DNA from: Verrucomicrobiia bacterium
GTDB taxonomy: Bacteria; Verrucomicrobiota; Verrucomicrobiia; JAWXBN01
DNA: 64,000 nt
Reading direction: 5' to 3'
NCBI GenBank assembly: GCA_033764445.1
Contig: JANRIZ010000008.1
Coordinates: 13,634 to 77,633, forward strand
Part shown: positions 1 through 8,393 of the stretch, piece after piece
How positions within the stretch are numbered: the first letter of the stretch is position 1
How the letters are laid out: every line of letters begins with the position of its first letter
Made by a program: the position numbers and the translations under genes
The notes under the pieces: model-generated
What the model was told of the DNA's origin: nothing
Databases searched by the model: none
Seen by the model: only the letters and a program-made list of their open reading frames with translations

Positions 1-450
1 CAGTTGGGCGTCCATGATCATTCGTCCAGACCGACCGTTTCCGTCATTGAAGGGGTGAATGTGTTCAAAGCGTGCGTGGGTAAAGGCCACAACGGCCATT
101 TGTTCTTGCTGGGTCCGGGCCTCCCTAAGCATGAGGTGGGTTTGTTCCCGGAGGAGTTCGAGTTCTGGGAGTATCCGTGCGGAGTCCGCACCTAGTTTTC
201 CGCCAAACATGACCATGGATTGGGGTTTGCGAATTTGCCCGGCGTCCGGGCTAACCTGATGAAACATGATTTTATGGACATTGAGCCAGTCTGTCGGCTC
301 CGGGGTTGACACTGGATAAAACCCAAAAAAACCATACGCAGCATCTGTCGATTTTTTGACCTTGTTTTCATAATCTTGAAGGTCTTTGACAGAAGGGAGA
401 ACACCATTGCGGACAATGTTGTTCCATGAGTGTTGTTGATCGTTTGTCAT
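1..450 (-). CDS. Fic/Doc family protein (partial, C-terminus beyond window edge)
   Basis: Hand translation of minus strand from ATG at 450..448 runs open to position 1 and ends ...IHPFNDGNGRSGRMIMDAQL, matching the canonical Fic motif HPFx[DE]GNGR. Not in the ORF track because there is no stop inside the window. Confidence 0.8.
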   Translation of the reverse strand, partial: MTNDQQHSWNNIVRNGVLPSVKDLQDYENKVKKSTDAAYGFFGFYPVSTPEPTDWLNVHKIMFHQVSPDAGQIRKPQSMVMFGGKLGADSARILPELELLREQTHLMLREARTQQEQMAVVAFTHARFEHIHPFNDGNGRSGRMIMDAQL

Positions 451-483
451 TGAATTTATGGGGTTTAATGCTATAGTATCAAC

Positions 484-762
484 ATGGATTACCAAAAGCT
501 AGAAGCCCGGGCCATAGAACGGGGTTTGACCGAGTATCAAATTGCCAAACTCATACATACCACCAATAGCAACGCGATTGAGGGATATGATTCTCTGTCG
601 ATTGACCAGAACATTGACATCCTTTTGGAAGCAGAAAAAGAATTTGAGACAGGAGACACCTTCAAGCTTCTCGGTCTTCCGGTCCCTCCAGACCTCAAGG
701 AACGAATGGCCCATCTGAGGTCGGGCCTGCCCGCCTCCGTTGAGGTCCGCCCTGCTGCGTAA
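484..762 (+). CDS. hypothetical small protein, divergent from fic
   Basis: 92-aa ORF with no recognisable motif; sits divergently upstream of the Fic gene. Confidence 0.3.
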   Translation: MDYQKLEARAIERGLTEYQIAKLIHTTNSNAIEGYDSLSIDQNIDILLEAEKEFETGDTFKLLGLPVPPDLKERMAHLRSGLPASVEVRPAA

Positions 763-846
763 GGATCGCACAATAGAAAATTTCAATCCTCTGGCCAGAG
801 CCGGGGGATTTTTTTTGTGAATGCCTAGGCACGATTCCATAAAATT

Positions 847-1566
847 TCAGTATTTGGGCCAGAACCTGACGTTGAGGCCTTCCTGGGATGGAACGCCGTT
901 TTGGATTCTCTGGGTATTTTTGAAAACCAGATAGTAGCCGTCCCCATTCTCCGGTCGCCGGACTTCCAAGCGGACGCCCATGGTGGCCAGTTTTTGGAGA
1001 GTGGCCCGGTTTTCGACATTGAGAGTTTCAAGGGATGTGATTCGATCCTGGAACCGGGCATTGAGTTTGCCCTGGGCAAGAGCAATGACGGTCAAAGTCA
1101 CCGCCAAAGCGAGGGAACCGCAGACCATGAAAGCAGTCGCCCACGCACCCGGACTAGAATTTTGTTTCCCGGTAGTCTTATCGTTGGCCCCCGGCGCTGT
1201 CGGTCGCTGGGCCAGACTTTCGTTTAGTTCTTTGACAGTCCCTCGGATGGATTCCACAGATTCCCGGAACTGCCCCGAGTCCTGATTGAGGGCGGTCATC
1301 GTGTTGTTGAGGACTTTGATATTGAAAGCCAACGCCCGGATCACGTCCCGGATTTCGTCAATCTCCTCTTCGGGTTCCTCGTCAGGTTTATCAAGCTCTT
1401 CTGGATAGTCGGGTTCTACAGCTTTTTCTTCCTCGGGTTCCTCCAGGGCTGGAGCTGGTGGCTCAGCTTGAAAAGGAATGGTGGCTCCATGAGATTTAAG
1501 GACGTTGGCAAGTTTTGCCCTCCGTTCCTCATCGGACAAAGGGGAATCAATCGGAGTATCGTTCAT
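847..1566 (-). CDS. hypothetical protein with acidic N-terminal region, one TM segment and coiled coil
   Basis: 239-aa ORF co-oriented with the relaxase block; Glu/Pro-rich acidic stretch then a hydrophobic helix. Confidence 0.45.
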   Translation of the reverse strand: MNDTPIDSPLSDEERRAKLANVLKSHGATIPFQAEPPAPALEEPEEEKAVEPDYPEELDKPDEEPEEEIDEIRDVIRALAFNIKVLNNTMTALNQDSGQFRESVESIRGTVKELNESLAQRPTAPGANDKTTGKQNSSPGAWATAFMVCGSLALAVTLTVIALAQGKLNARFQDRITSLETLNVENRATLQKLATMGVRLEVRRPENGDGYYLVFKNTQRIQNGVPSQEGLNVRFWPKY

Positions 1567-1823
1567 TCGACCTCCGGGGCAACGTCTGGTTTGAGTAGGA
1601 CCAATTCGATATAATGGAAGACATTCATTTTTGGATCCGGAATCTCTTGGGAAAAGTGGTCCCAGAAAACCATGGTGGTCGGCATCGGATTGTTTTCAGA
1701 GGCGGGGACATGCAGACATCCTTTAATGGCTTCCTTCCGGACAATGAACCGCTCAGCGGAGAATTTGATATATTTTGAGTCAACGATTCGTTTCTGTTCT
1801 TCGGGACGTGTGCTTTGGATCAT
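1563..1823 (-). CDS. hypothetical protein
   Basis: 86-aa ORF; 4-nt ATGA overlap with the downstream gene and with the relaxase stop suggests translational coupling. Confidence 0.4.
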   Translation of the reverse strand: MIQSTRPEEQKRIVDSKYIKFSAERFIVRKEAIKGCLHVPASENNPMPTTMVFWDHFSQEIPDPKMNVFHYIELVLLKPDVAPEVE

Positions 1824-3061
1824 GGATTGATTCCTTTCTTAATCCCTTGTTTTGGGCCGGATGAAAACTTTGGGCCTATGGCCCCCGGCACAATGGGATT
1901 TTTGATTTTTTGAGATGGTGACTGATAAACTTTTGTCTTGAGCTTCTGGCTGGGGACGAGGGTTTCGGTTGGCTCGTCTCCTCCCGCAAAGAAAACCCGG
2001 CCAGTGGGTCGGAGCTGCTTCTTGCGTTTTTGGAGCCCGGCCACATAGAACTGACGCATTTCAACTCGTTTGGCCTGGAGAGCGCGGACCTTTGTCCATT
2101 TGATTTCCTTGAAGACCTCCTCCGTGAGACGAATCCAGACGTTCGATCTTATTCCCAGTAGCCGTTTGGCCATCCCGTCTGCGCGGGATTTTCTCATGGC
2201 CATCTTTTCCTCGGCAATCTGCTTGTCGAGTTTTGCTATCTGTTCCCGTTGGAACTTCAACATTTCCCATGAATGATCAAAAGCTTTGACCTTGGGGACG
2301 TCCATTTTTGGAGTAATCATAAACTCCTCACTCCGCAAATGTTCGCGGGCAAATTTGGCCACCGCCTCCGGATCGGCTGCCCGTTTGAGCCATTGATTGA
2401 TCTGAACATCCGCTGATTTTTTTACAAAACCGAGTTTGTCCTTTTGGCCGTTCCAGTTGTGTCTGTACCTAGCAAGTTGATTACTGAACCCCACACGTTC
2501 CCCGTCGCGGGTACGCGGATGAACGAAAACGTGAGCATGGAGGTTGTCCGTGTCGTGATGGAGTCCAAAGCAATAACCGAGTGGGTCCCCTGGGTGGAAG
2601 TTATCAGAATAATTGCGCATTGTTTTAACAACAATGGATTTCAAAACTTCGTCCGGGTTAAGCCCGGCAGCGGTCATCTTGTCCCGGAATTCATTGGAAA
2701 GAGAAAAGATCAACCTATGATGAGTTGTTTGAAGTTTTGGGTATCGGGCATCGTGGCTACGCCATTCTCTCAAGATTCGCTCTTTGAGTTGTTCCGGGGT
2801 CATGTCCTGCTGATGGGTAAATGTCCCATCGGGATTCAATCCGACCTTGGCGTAAAAGAACCCTTCCGCGATCACCAAACCAAGTTTGTCCTTGTCCAAA
2901 TATTCATAGGCTTGCCACGGTTTGGGCGTATAGGTTTTACCTTCCTTCATCGCGTGAATGGTATCCGCCTCAAACTTCAAATCAGAAAGTTCATCGAGGT
3001 AGTCGGGCGAAAACTCGTCCGTCCACGTCTTGGATTTTTTGATAAGAATGGGTTGCTTCAT
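1820..3061 (-). CDS. relaxase/mobilisation nuclease, MobA/VirD2-like (MOBP/Q type)
   Basis: 413 aa; contains GLHHDTDNLHAHVFVHP, the relaxase His-triad motif III (HxDxxHxH). Confidence 0.75.
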   Translation of the reverse strand: MKQPILIKKSKTWTDEFSPDYLDELSDLKFEADTIHAMKEGKTYTPKPWQAYEYLDKDKLGLVIAEGFFYAKVGLNPDGTFTHQQDMTPEQLKERILREWRSHDARYPKLQTTHHRLIFSLSNEFRDKMTAAGLNPDEVLKSIVVKTMRNYSDNFHPGDPLGYCFGLHHDTDNLHAHVFVHPRTRDGERVGFSNQLARYRHNWNGQKDKLGFVKKSADVQINQWLKRAADPEAVAKFAREHLRSEEFMITPKMDVPKVKAFDHSWEMLKFQREQIAKLDKQIAEEKMAMRKSRADGMAKRLLGIRSNVWIRLTEEVFKEIKWTKVRALQAKRVEMRQFYVAGLQKRKKQLRPTGRVFFAGGDEPTETLVPSQKLKTKVYQSPSQKIKNPIVPGAIGPKFSSGPKQGIKKGINP

Positions 3062-3291
3062 AGTTTATTCAAAAGTTCTTCGGTGTTGGACCGGACTACT
3101 TTGATTTCATCAGAAATCTTCCCCGCCTTCCCAAGAGTTGAGTCATCGAGACCGTCACAAGTCAAAACAGCCCGGAGGGCGGCTTGGTTAAGTTTACAGT
3201 TCCATCGGCCAGCAAGATTTTTTTGCGCCCGTTTGAAAGCCTTTATGGCATCAGGGGGCAAAATGATGGTGACCATTGAGCGTTTTGGCAT
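3058..3291 (-). CDS. MobC-like ribbon-helix-helix mobilisation accessory protein
   Basis: 77 aa, ATGA overlap with relaxase start; N-terminal beta-strand plus helix pattern (MVTIILPPDAIKAFKRAQ...NQAALRAVL) as in RHH relaxosome proteins. Confidence 0.45.
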   Translation of the reverse strand: MPKRSMVTIILPPDAIKAFKRAQKNLAGRWNCKLNQAALRAVLTCDGLDDSTLGKAGKISDEIKVVRSNTEELLNKL

Positions 3292-3363
3292 AGGTTATGA
3301 CCTTTCTTTCACGTAACAGAGTGGAGTGTTTTTGAGAGAATGACTTCCAGTCAGAATCGAAAA

Positions 3364-3394
3364 GTAAAAAAGTTCGACTTTTTTACATATCCTG
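3364..3394 (+). other. candidate oriT: 9-bp inverted repeat (gtaaaaaag/cttttttac, 5-bp spacer) followed by nic-like TATCCTG
   Basis: Seen in sequence 66-95 bp upstream of the mobC start. MOBP relaxases nick at YATCCTG|Y just 3' of an inverted repeat. Confidence 0.4.
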
Positions 3395-3701
3395 TTTCCC
3401 CGAGAAAATTCGACTTCCGTCGTTTTTTCGAGGGATTCGGACCGGCTAATTGCCGGGAGAAAAGGCGTTTTGACCGGGACAATTTCCCGGTGAAGGCAGG
3501 GGGCGTGACTGCCCCCAGACCCGGACTCTTCACGGCAAAGCCGGGATGTGTCCAGGGGCGGGTTGTTGCCTTTCCCCGCAAAAAATCGCCTTCCGGCGTG
3601 TTTTGGAGGGGTAGGGACCCGCAGTATCGGCGGGGACCAAGGCTGTTCATCCCGGATAAAGGCCGGGGAAAAAGCTGGGGCCAATTTTCCGTGGCAAGAG
3701 G

Positions 3702-4664
3702 TCATAGACTGAACCCTTTTGACCCCTGAGTTGAAAGGGCGACTGGTTTTTGGAATGAGGGTTTGACCGGCACGGCTACCGGGCCAGACTCAATGTCTGG
3801 GGTGAATTGCTCGTTGTTCTCCCATGAAATTCCTTGAATGAGATCGGTCGCCTTCTGTGCTTGTCCGGCAGCTTGTACCACCATAAGCGGATCATTTTCC
3901 AAAGCTACGATCCAATCTTGTATATAGCCCGCCGGGTGCTCGAAGGTGATTTTATCCATGATCCCCGCCTGATTGGACAGGAAGGAAGCCCCAATTTCAG
4001 CTATCAACTCCTCTTTGGCGTATTCTGGAGTGGAGCGTTTTGCCCCTAAAGTGGGTCGGGCTAACCGGGAGGAATGACCCGTTGCATGGGTCATTTCATG
4101 AAACAAAGTGTGATAAAATAACTCCTGCGAGCGAAACTGCGCCCGGGGAGGCATTAGAATTATATCATTTTTAAGATCGAATGCCGCCAATTTTGCCCCT
4201 TCTTGAATCGGACAAATTTTGGCTTGTTCGACGATTTCCTGGGCCTTGGCAAGGTCGCGGGCTGGGCTGGCGGGTGCGATAGACGGATGTTCAATCCCCT
4301 CGGTTTGCATCAGATTGAATGCATTATAGTAGCGTAGCATTGGAACTTGTTTGACTTTGCCGTCCTTTTCCAAGACAGGTTTTCCTGTCTCGTCGAGCTT
4401 GGGAAGGAACTTCCAAAAGACAATCAAAGTTGACTTGGACCCTTTTTTAATGGTTCCACCCAAGTCTTGGGCTTGCTTGAAAGTGAGCCAATAGGGCGAG
4501 CCATATCCTTTCATCATGGTCAATAGAACGTTGATCCCGCGGTACGGTTTCCGGGTGACAAGGTTTTGGGGAACACCATTTACCCATGGCATTTTCCACG
4601 GAATTTGCCCTTGCTTGAGTAATTCCAGCATCTTATCGGTGATGATTTGATAAACTTCATTCAC
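3702..4664 (-). CDS. ardC: ArdC-like antirestriction protein (N-terminal ssDNA-binding DUF1738 domain plus C-terminal HExxH zincin)
   Basis: N-terminus YQIITDKMLELLKQGQIPWKMPW...YRGINVLLL matches the ArdC_N consensus; HEMTHATGH metalloprotease motif. Confidence 0.8.
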   Translation of the reverse strand: MNEVYQIITDKMLELLKQGQIPWKMPWVNGVPQNLVTRKPYRGINVLLTMMKGYGSPYWLTFKQAQDLGGTIKKGSKSTLIVFWKFLPKLDETGKPVLEKDGKVKQVPMLRYYNAFNLMQTEGIEHPSIAPASPARDLAKAQEIVEQAKICPIQEGAKLAAFDLKNDIILMPPRAQFRSQELFYHTLFHEMTHATGHSSRLARPTLGAKRSTPEYAKEELIAEIGASFLSNQAGIMDKITFEHPAGYIQDWIVALENDPLMVVQAAGQAQKATDLIQGISWENNEQFTPDIESGPVAVPVKPSFQKPVALSTQGSKGFSL

Positions 4665-4876
4665 AGCTTGACCTCCTCATAAGCGGCTTGCAGGAGCCGG
4701 GCGGCTTCGCCCTGGGGAATGCCTCCGGCGAGCATCAGAGCCGGACAAAGATTATCTTCCCCGGCAATGTGCCGGAATAGGGGAGTGTCCTGGGGGGGAA
4801 TACCCTTGTCCAAGTATTCAAAGAAATAGATTTCTTTGATGTGTTCAAAGAGTTGATCAGATGTCAGGGATGTCAT
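4661..4876 (-). CDS. hypothetical small protein
   Basis: 71-aa ORF, 4-nt overlap with the ardC start. Confidence 0.35.
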   Translation of the reverse strand: MTSLTSDQLFEHIKEIYFFEYLDKGIPPQDTPLFRHIAGEDNLCPALMLAGGIPQGEAARLLQAAYEEVKL

Positions 4877-5052
4877 AGAGCTCCTGGATTAGGCTGATTT
4901 TGATTGGGTGGAAGGGCTGGGATTGGAGGTTAAAACCCTGACCTGGTGAATGTCCCGCAGCCGGGATAAAACCCGGTTAGCAGTCACCAGATCGAGAGAT
5001 GAAAAGAATTTCTCGAATCTTCTGGCACGGAGAGGAACCTGTTGGTGGGGTT

Positions 5053-5862
5053 TCATGGTGAGAACCCCTTCCGCGGTTGGCTGGGTTCCCGCCGTTGAAA
5101 GACAGGTTCGCGGAGTTTTTCGACCAAGCTGCCGATTTCAGTTTGGCTCGCCTGGCTGACGCGCTGCTGGGAATAAAGAAGGGGGCTTTGCGGGTCCTTC
5201 AAGAGGTGGTCGGGTGGGGTATTGACAAGTTGGGTTTGATCTGGCAGGGTATTCCCAGAGTCAACCTGATATGTCTGACCAACCCCCTGGGCAATTATAG
5301 CCTGGGAAGATGCAGACCAGCGTTGGCTCTTTTTTGTGTCTTGATACCGGCAAAGGCCCTGTTGCCACCAATTCAGAAAGTGGGTTTCACTTTCGCGGGG
5401 GTGAATACTTTTGATCTCGTTGACTTGCTGAACGCCGTGAGATTGATTGGGGTGAAGGGCGGCCACACAGGTTTTGCCGTTGTGTTGCAGGTCGGTCATG
5501 ACCACCAAGCCCTCGGTGGTGGACTGGAAGATCATGACCGGACGGTGCAGGGCAGCGGGGACCTGTTTGATCATTTCGTAGGGCAGGTGGTGTTTGTCGT
5601 GGATGATTTTGTCGAGGGTCCGGGGCAAAAGAACCACCCCAACGGCGGGCACTCCAGCCAGCCGAAGCGCCTCCGAAGCTGCTCCGAGCCGGATCGGAGC
5701 CCGGCGCGGCCATTTCCCTGCTTGGTGTCCGGCCAGTGCATCGTCAAATTCCCTCTTTGACCTGGCAAACCGCCCAAAAAAATCCACCGCCATTTTCAGC
5801 CGTCCGAACTGGTCGGGTGGCAGGAATGGGAACTGTTCAGGGTGGATTGAAGGGTGCTTCAT
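5053..5862 (-). CDS. hypothetical protein
   Basis: 269-aa ORF co-oriented in the plasmid-like block; no motif recognised. Confidence 0.4.
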   Translation of the reverse strand: MKHPSIHPEQFPFLPPDQFGRLKMAVDFFGRFARSKREFDDALAGHQAGKWPRRAPIRLGAASEALRLAGVPAVGVVLLPRTLDKIIHDKHHLPYEMIKQVPAALHRPVMIFQSTTEGLVVMTDLQHNGKTCVAALHPNQSHGVQQVNEIKSIHPRESETHFLNWWQQGLCRYQDTKKSQRWSASSQAIIAQGVGQTYQVDSGNTLPDQTQLVNTPPDHLLKDPQSPLLYSQQRVSQASQTEIGSLVEKLREPVFQRREPSQPRKGFSP

Positions 5863-5863
5863 C

Positions 5864-6829
5864 TCAAAGTTTTATCCCTTTGATTGGGCTTTTTTTTTGA
5901 CGGGGCACAAAACGAGGGCGAGTCACGGCGCACAACTCCTCATTCCAGTCCTTGGCGTACGGGATCGCCGGACGTTCAATGAGCGGATTGTTCATTGCCT
6001 GGAGACGTCGGATTTCCTCCCGTCCAGCAGTGTCGTTGTCAAAAGCCGGTGTGATTTTGATTTGTTTTTGCTGGCAGAATTGCAAGAGGGCATCCGGAGT
6101 GTGACACCCGGCCAGACTGACCACGGCCACCGTCGGAAGAGGATTGTCCTTGTCGATTGTCCTGGCATGCCAGGACAAAGCATCTATTGGACTTTCAACA
6201 AGGACAACTGAATCAGCCTTGTGGAGGGGGCAGTGGAAAGTAAACCAAGCCTCGGTCTTGTTCCCCAGACAGGGCCGGAAACCGGATTGGTGTACGGTAT
6301 CCCGGAGGGTGGCACCCTGTACGGTCCCGTTTGCATCCGTATGCAAGAACACCAGACTAGGGTTAGGTCTATGGTCATTGGCATAGATTTTTCCGGAAGC
6401 AAAGGCTTCATCGACCAGTGGGGCGGGGAGGCATCGGGTTTCTACGAGGTAGTGCCGGGCTAGTGGCCAAAGGGTATCGTCCCTTTTGCCATAGGTTTTC
6501 ATCAGTTCCGCAAATGGTTTTCTCTCGGGAGCCGGTCGCTGCTCGGGTAGGGGGGAAACATTGGTAACCCCCCGGAAATCGGCCAATGATAGCACTGCCT
6601 CCTTGTAGGGGCATTGTTCCATGTACATTACCAAGTCAATGGCTCCGCCTCCGCCAATACCGGATTTATGGTCGTACCATTTAGAGCCAGTCACATTAAT
6701 GGCGTGCGCATCGGAGGTGTATTTGGTGGAGATGCCTTCCTTGGATTCGTGGTACCCCTTCGATTTGAGGATGTAGCCAAGGTCGATATTTCTGACTTCA
6801 TCAGCCAAAGTTTTGAGGTTGGATTTCAT
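5864..6829 (-). CDS. Toprim domain protein, plasmid primase-like (TraC/DUF3991-type)
   Basis: N-terminal Zn-ribbon-like region (CxxC...), then VVLVESPIDALSW and CHTPDALL resembling a Toprim acidic core. Confidence 0.55.
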   Translation of the reverse strand: MKSNLKTLADEVRNIDLGYILKSKGYHESKEGISTKYTSDAHAINVTGSKWYDHKSGIGGGGAIDLVMYMEQCPYKEAVLSLADFRGVTNVSPLPEQRPAPERKPFAELMKTYGKRDDTLWPLARHYLVETRCLPAPLVDEAFASGKIYANDHRPNPSLVFLHTDANGTVQGATLRDTVHQSGFRPCLGNKTEAWFTFHCPLHKADSVVLVESPIDALSWHARTIDKDNPLPTVAVVSLAGCHTPDALLQFCQQKQIKITPAFDNDTAGREEIRRLQAMNNPLIERPAIPYAKDWNEELCAVTRPRFVPRQKKSPIKGIKL

Positions 6830-7209
6830 TTTTCCTCCTTGCCGGTGATTTTTTCGAGTTCTACCTGCTTGATCCGGACCGTTTCCTCTCGGACAAATTT
6901 AAAAACAAAAACGGAGGTAAGTAATATGATGCAAACGCTGATTGAATATGCTGGAAAAATAAAAGGCCTCATCGAGGCGTTATGGTTCTCAACTGAATTT
7001 AGGGACTGGTTGCTGGTGTGGCTGACCTGGCGTTCATGCCAAAGCAGCGACAAATCTGGGAGGGTAGGAGGAAGGCTCCAGAGGATTCCCAACAGAATCG
7101 TAAGTTTGACAAAGCGCATGAAATATTTCAGGACAGGATCACTTTTGAAGAGTGTCAAAAATCTGTTCTCCGGATTTATCTCCGGGGACTGGTCTAAATG
7201 GTTGTTCAT
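6826..7209 (-). CDS. hypothetical membrane protein (N-terminus weakly resembles the TrbJ N-terminus)
   Basis: 127 aa with two hydrophobic segments; part of duplicated module 1. Confidence 0.35.
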   Translation of the reverse strand: MNNHLDQSPEINPENRFLTLFKSDPVLKYFMRFVKLTILLGILWSLPPTLPDLSLLWHERQVSHTSNQSLNSVENHNASMRPFIFPAYSISVCIILLTSVFVFKFVREETVRIKQVELEKITGKEEK

Positions 7210-7610
7210 GATTGCACCTCGTCTTTAGAAGCGGAGGCTTCATTTTGAACTTCCTGAGAAGATTTTTTACGGGTATCAACGGTCCATAACCAAACTGCGG
7301 TGGTAAAAATGATGATTTCGAGCGTGATAACGTGGATGCACAATACAATGGATTTGATCGCTGACTGGATTTGGGGTCCGGACACACCGTTTATGGTCAA
7401 GGTTGTGTCCGTGCTTGTGCTATTGGAATGGTTTGGGTTGAAGAAACGGAGCGTGTCGTTCATGGAATGCATGATCAGCCACATCATAAGAATTCCAGCG
7501 ATGGCAGGAAAACTGATACGTCGGAGCATCGCGAAGACCGCCCACTTTTTCTCCGGGGACTGGTTTGACATGATTTTCCGGTTGATGATTGGTTCGTATT
7601 TATTCGGCAT
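7206..7610 (-). CDS. small membrane protein, duplicated family (paralog of 15962..16351)
   Basis: C-terminal 45 aa (IVLCIHVITLEIIIFTTAVWLW...QEVQNEASASKDEVQS) is similar to the 15962..16351 product; ATGA overlap with the downstream ORF. Confidence 0.35.
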   Translation of the reverse strand: MPNKYEPIINRKIMSNQSPEKKWAVFAMLRRISFPAIAGILMMWLIMHSMNDTLRFFNPNHSNSTSTDTTLTINGVSGPQIQSAIKSIVLCIHVITLEIIIFTTAVWLWTVDTRKKSSQEVQNEASASKDEVQS

Positions 7611-7785
7611 ATTTTTAAAAGTGTTTGAGGCGTTTTATATGGACGGTCCAATCAATGGATATGGGATCGCTGCACTTTTCGTTGGGTACGGATCGGTTCT
7701 GGTGATGATATTCCTGTGGTGGAGGTTTGAGCGGGTTTCCTGGTTGACCAGGCAAAGCTCACCGCAGTTGGAATTTCCGCTGTGA
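7300..7785 (+). CDS. polytopic membrane protein, duplicated family (paralog of 16074..16526); antisense-overlapping 7206..7610
   Basis: 161 aa, ~4 TM helices. Conserved start (MMISSV/MMIWMV), internal KTAH motif and C-terminal Q[LM][ED]FPL shared with 16074..16526. Confidence 0.4.
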   Translation: MVKMMISSVITWMHNTMDLIADWIWGPDTPFMVKVVSVLVLLEWFGLKKRSVSFMECMISHIIRIPAMAGKLIRRSIAKTAHFFSGDWFDMIFRLMIGSYLFGIFLKVFEAFYMDGPINGYGIAALFVGYGSVLVMIFLWWRFERVSWLTRQSSPQLEFPL

Positions 7786-7839
7786 GTCCTCTCCAATTCC
7801 CGGCTTGTTTTCAACGAGTCATTGAGGTAGTTTGACTCC

Positions 7840-8064
7840 ATGAGTGTGACAGACATCAACAAGGCTCTGGATGGTTTGGCGGCCGCCGAAAGAATGGAAG
7901 TTGCCGCGCATCTGAACGCACTGCTTTTCAACTGGATGGATGATGATTGGGACCAGCAAATGATTGCCAATGATGCCCCTCTTCGGGCCATGCGTGAAAA
8001 GTCAGAAGCAGCTTTCAAGTCCGGACGGGCTACGCCCCTCGAAGAGGGTTTGGACAAGCCATGA
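7840..8064 (+). CDS. putative antitoxin partner of the RelE/ParE toxin
   Basis: 74-aa ORF whose stop overlaps the toxin ATG (ATGA); no antitoxin fold recognised. Confidence 0.4.
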   Translation: MSVTDINKALDGLAAAERMEVAAHLNALLFNWMDDDWDQQMIANDAPLRAMREKSEAAFKSGRATPLEEGLDKP

Positions 8065-8321
8065 CGTCTTTGGGGACGCCTGATTTTTGGGACTGTTACC
8101 ATAGCCTTCCTCTTCCGGTCCGCACTTTGGCCCGGAAGAATTTCCGGTTGTGGATTCAAAACCCGTCCCATCCCTCGCTTCGCTTCAAACCCCTGCGCCC
8201 TGGAGAATTCTGGTCCACACGGGTGGGGGACCATTACCGTGCGCTCGGTTATTTTCGAGACAACAACACCTTTGTGTGGACATGGATCGGAACCCATGAA
8301 CAATACAACAGGCTGCATTGA
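8061..8321 (+). CDS. RelE/ParE-family type II toxin
   Basis: 86 aa; ...RVGDHYRALGYFRDNNTFVWTWIGTHEQY matches the RelE/ParE C-terminal consensus (RvGdYRiiY...v.IlrigHRkdvY). Confidence 0.6.
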   Translation: MTSLGTPDFWDCYHSLPLPVRTLARKNFRLWIQNPSHPSLRFKPLRPGEFWSTRVGDHYRALGYFRDNNTFVWTWIGTHEQYNRLH

Positions 8322-8393
8322 AACGATCATTTGAATTGTGGAGTTCATGATTTGGACCCTACCCCGGCATTAGCCGGGGTGGGGGATATGAGG

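Noticed and set aside
7635-8348. 237-aa minus-strand ORF
   Set aside because: Covers the coupled RelE/ParE toxin-antitoxin pair in antisense; low-complexity product, no start context.
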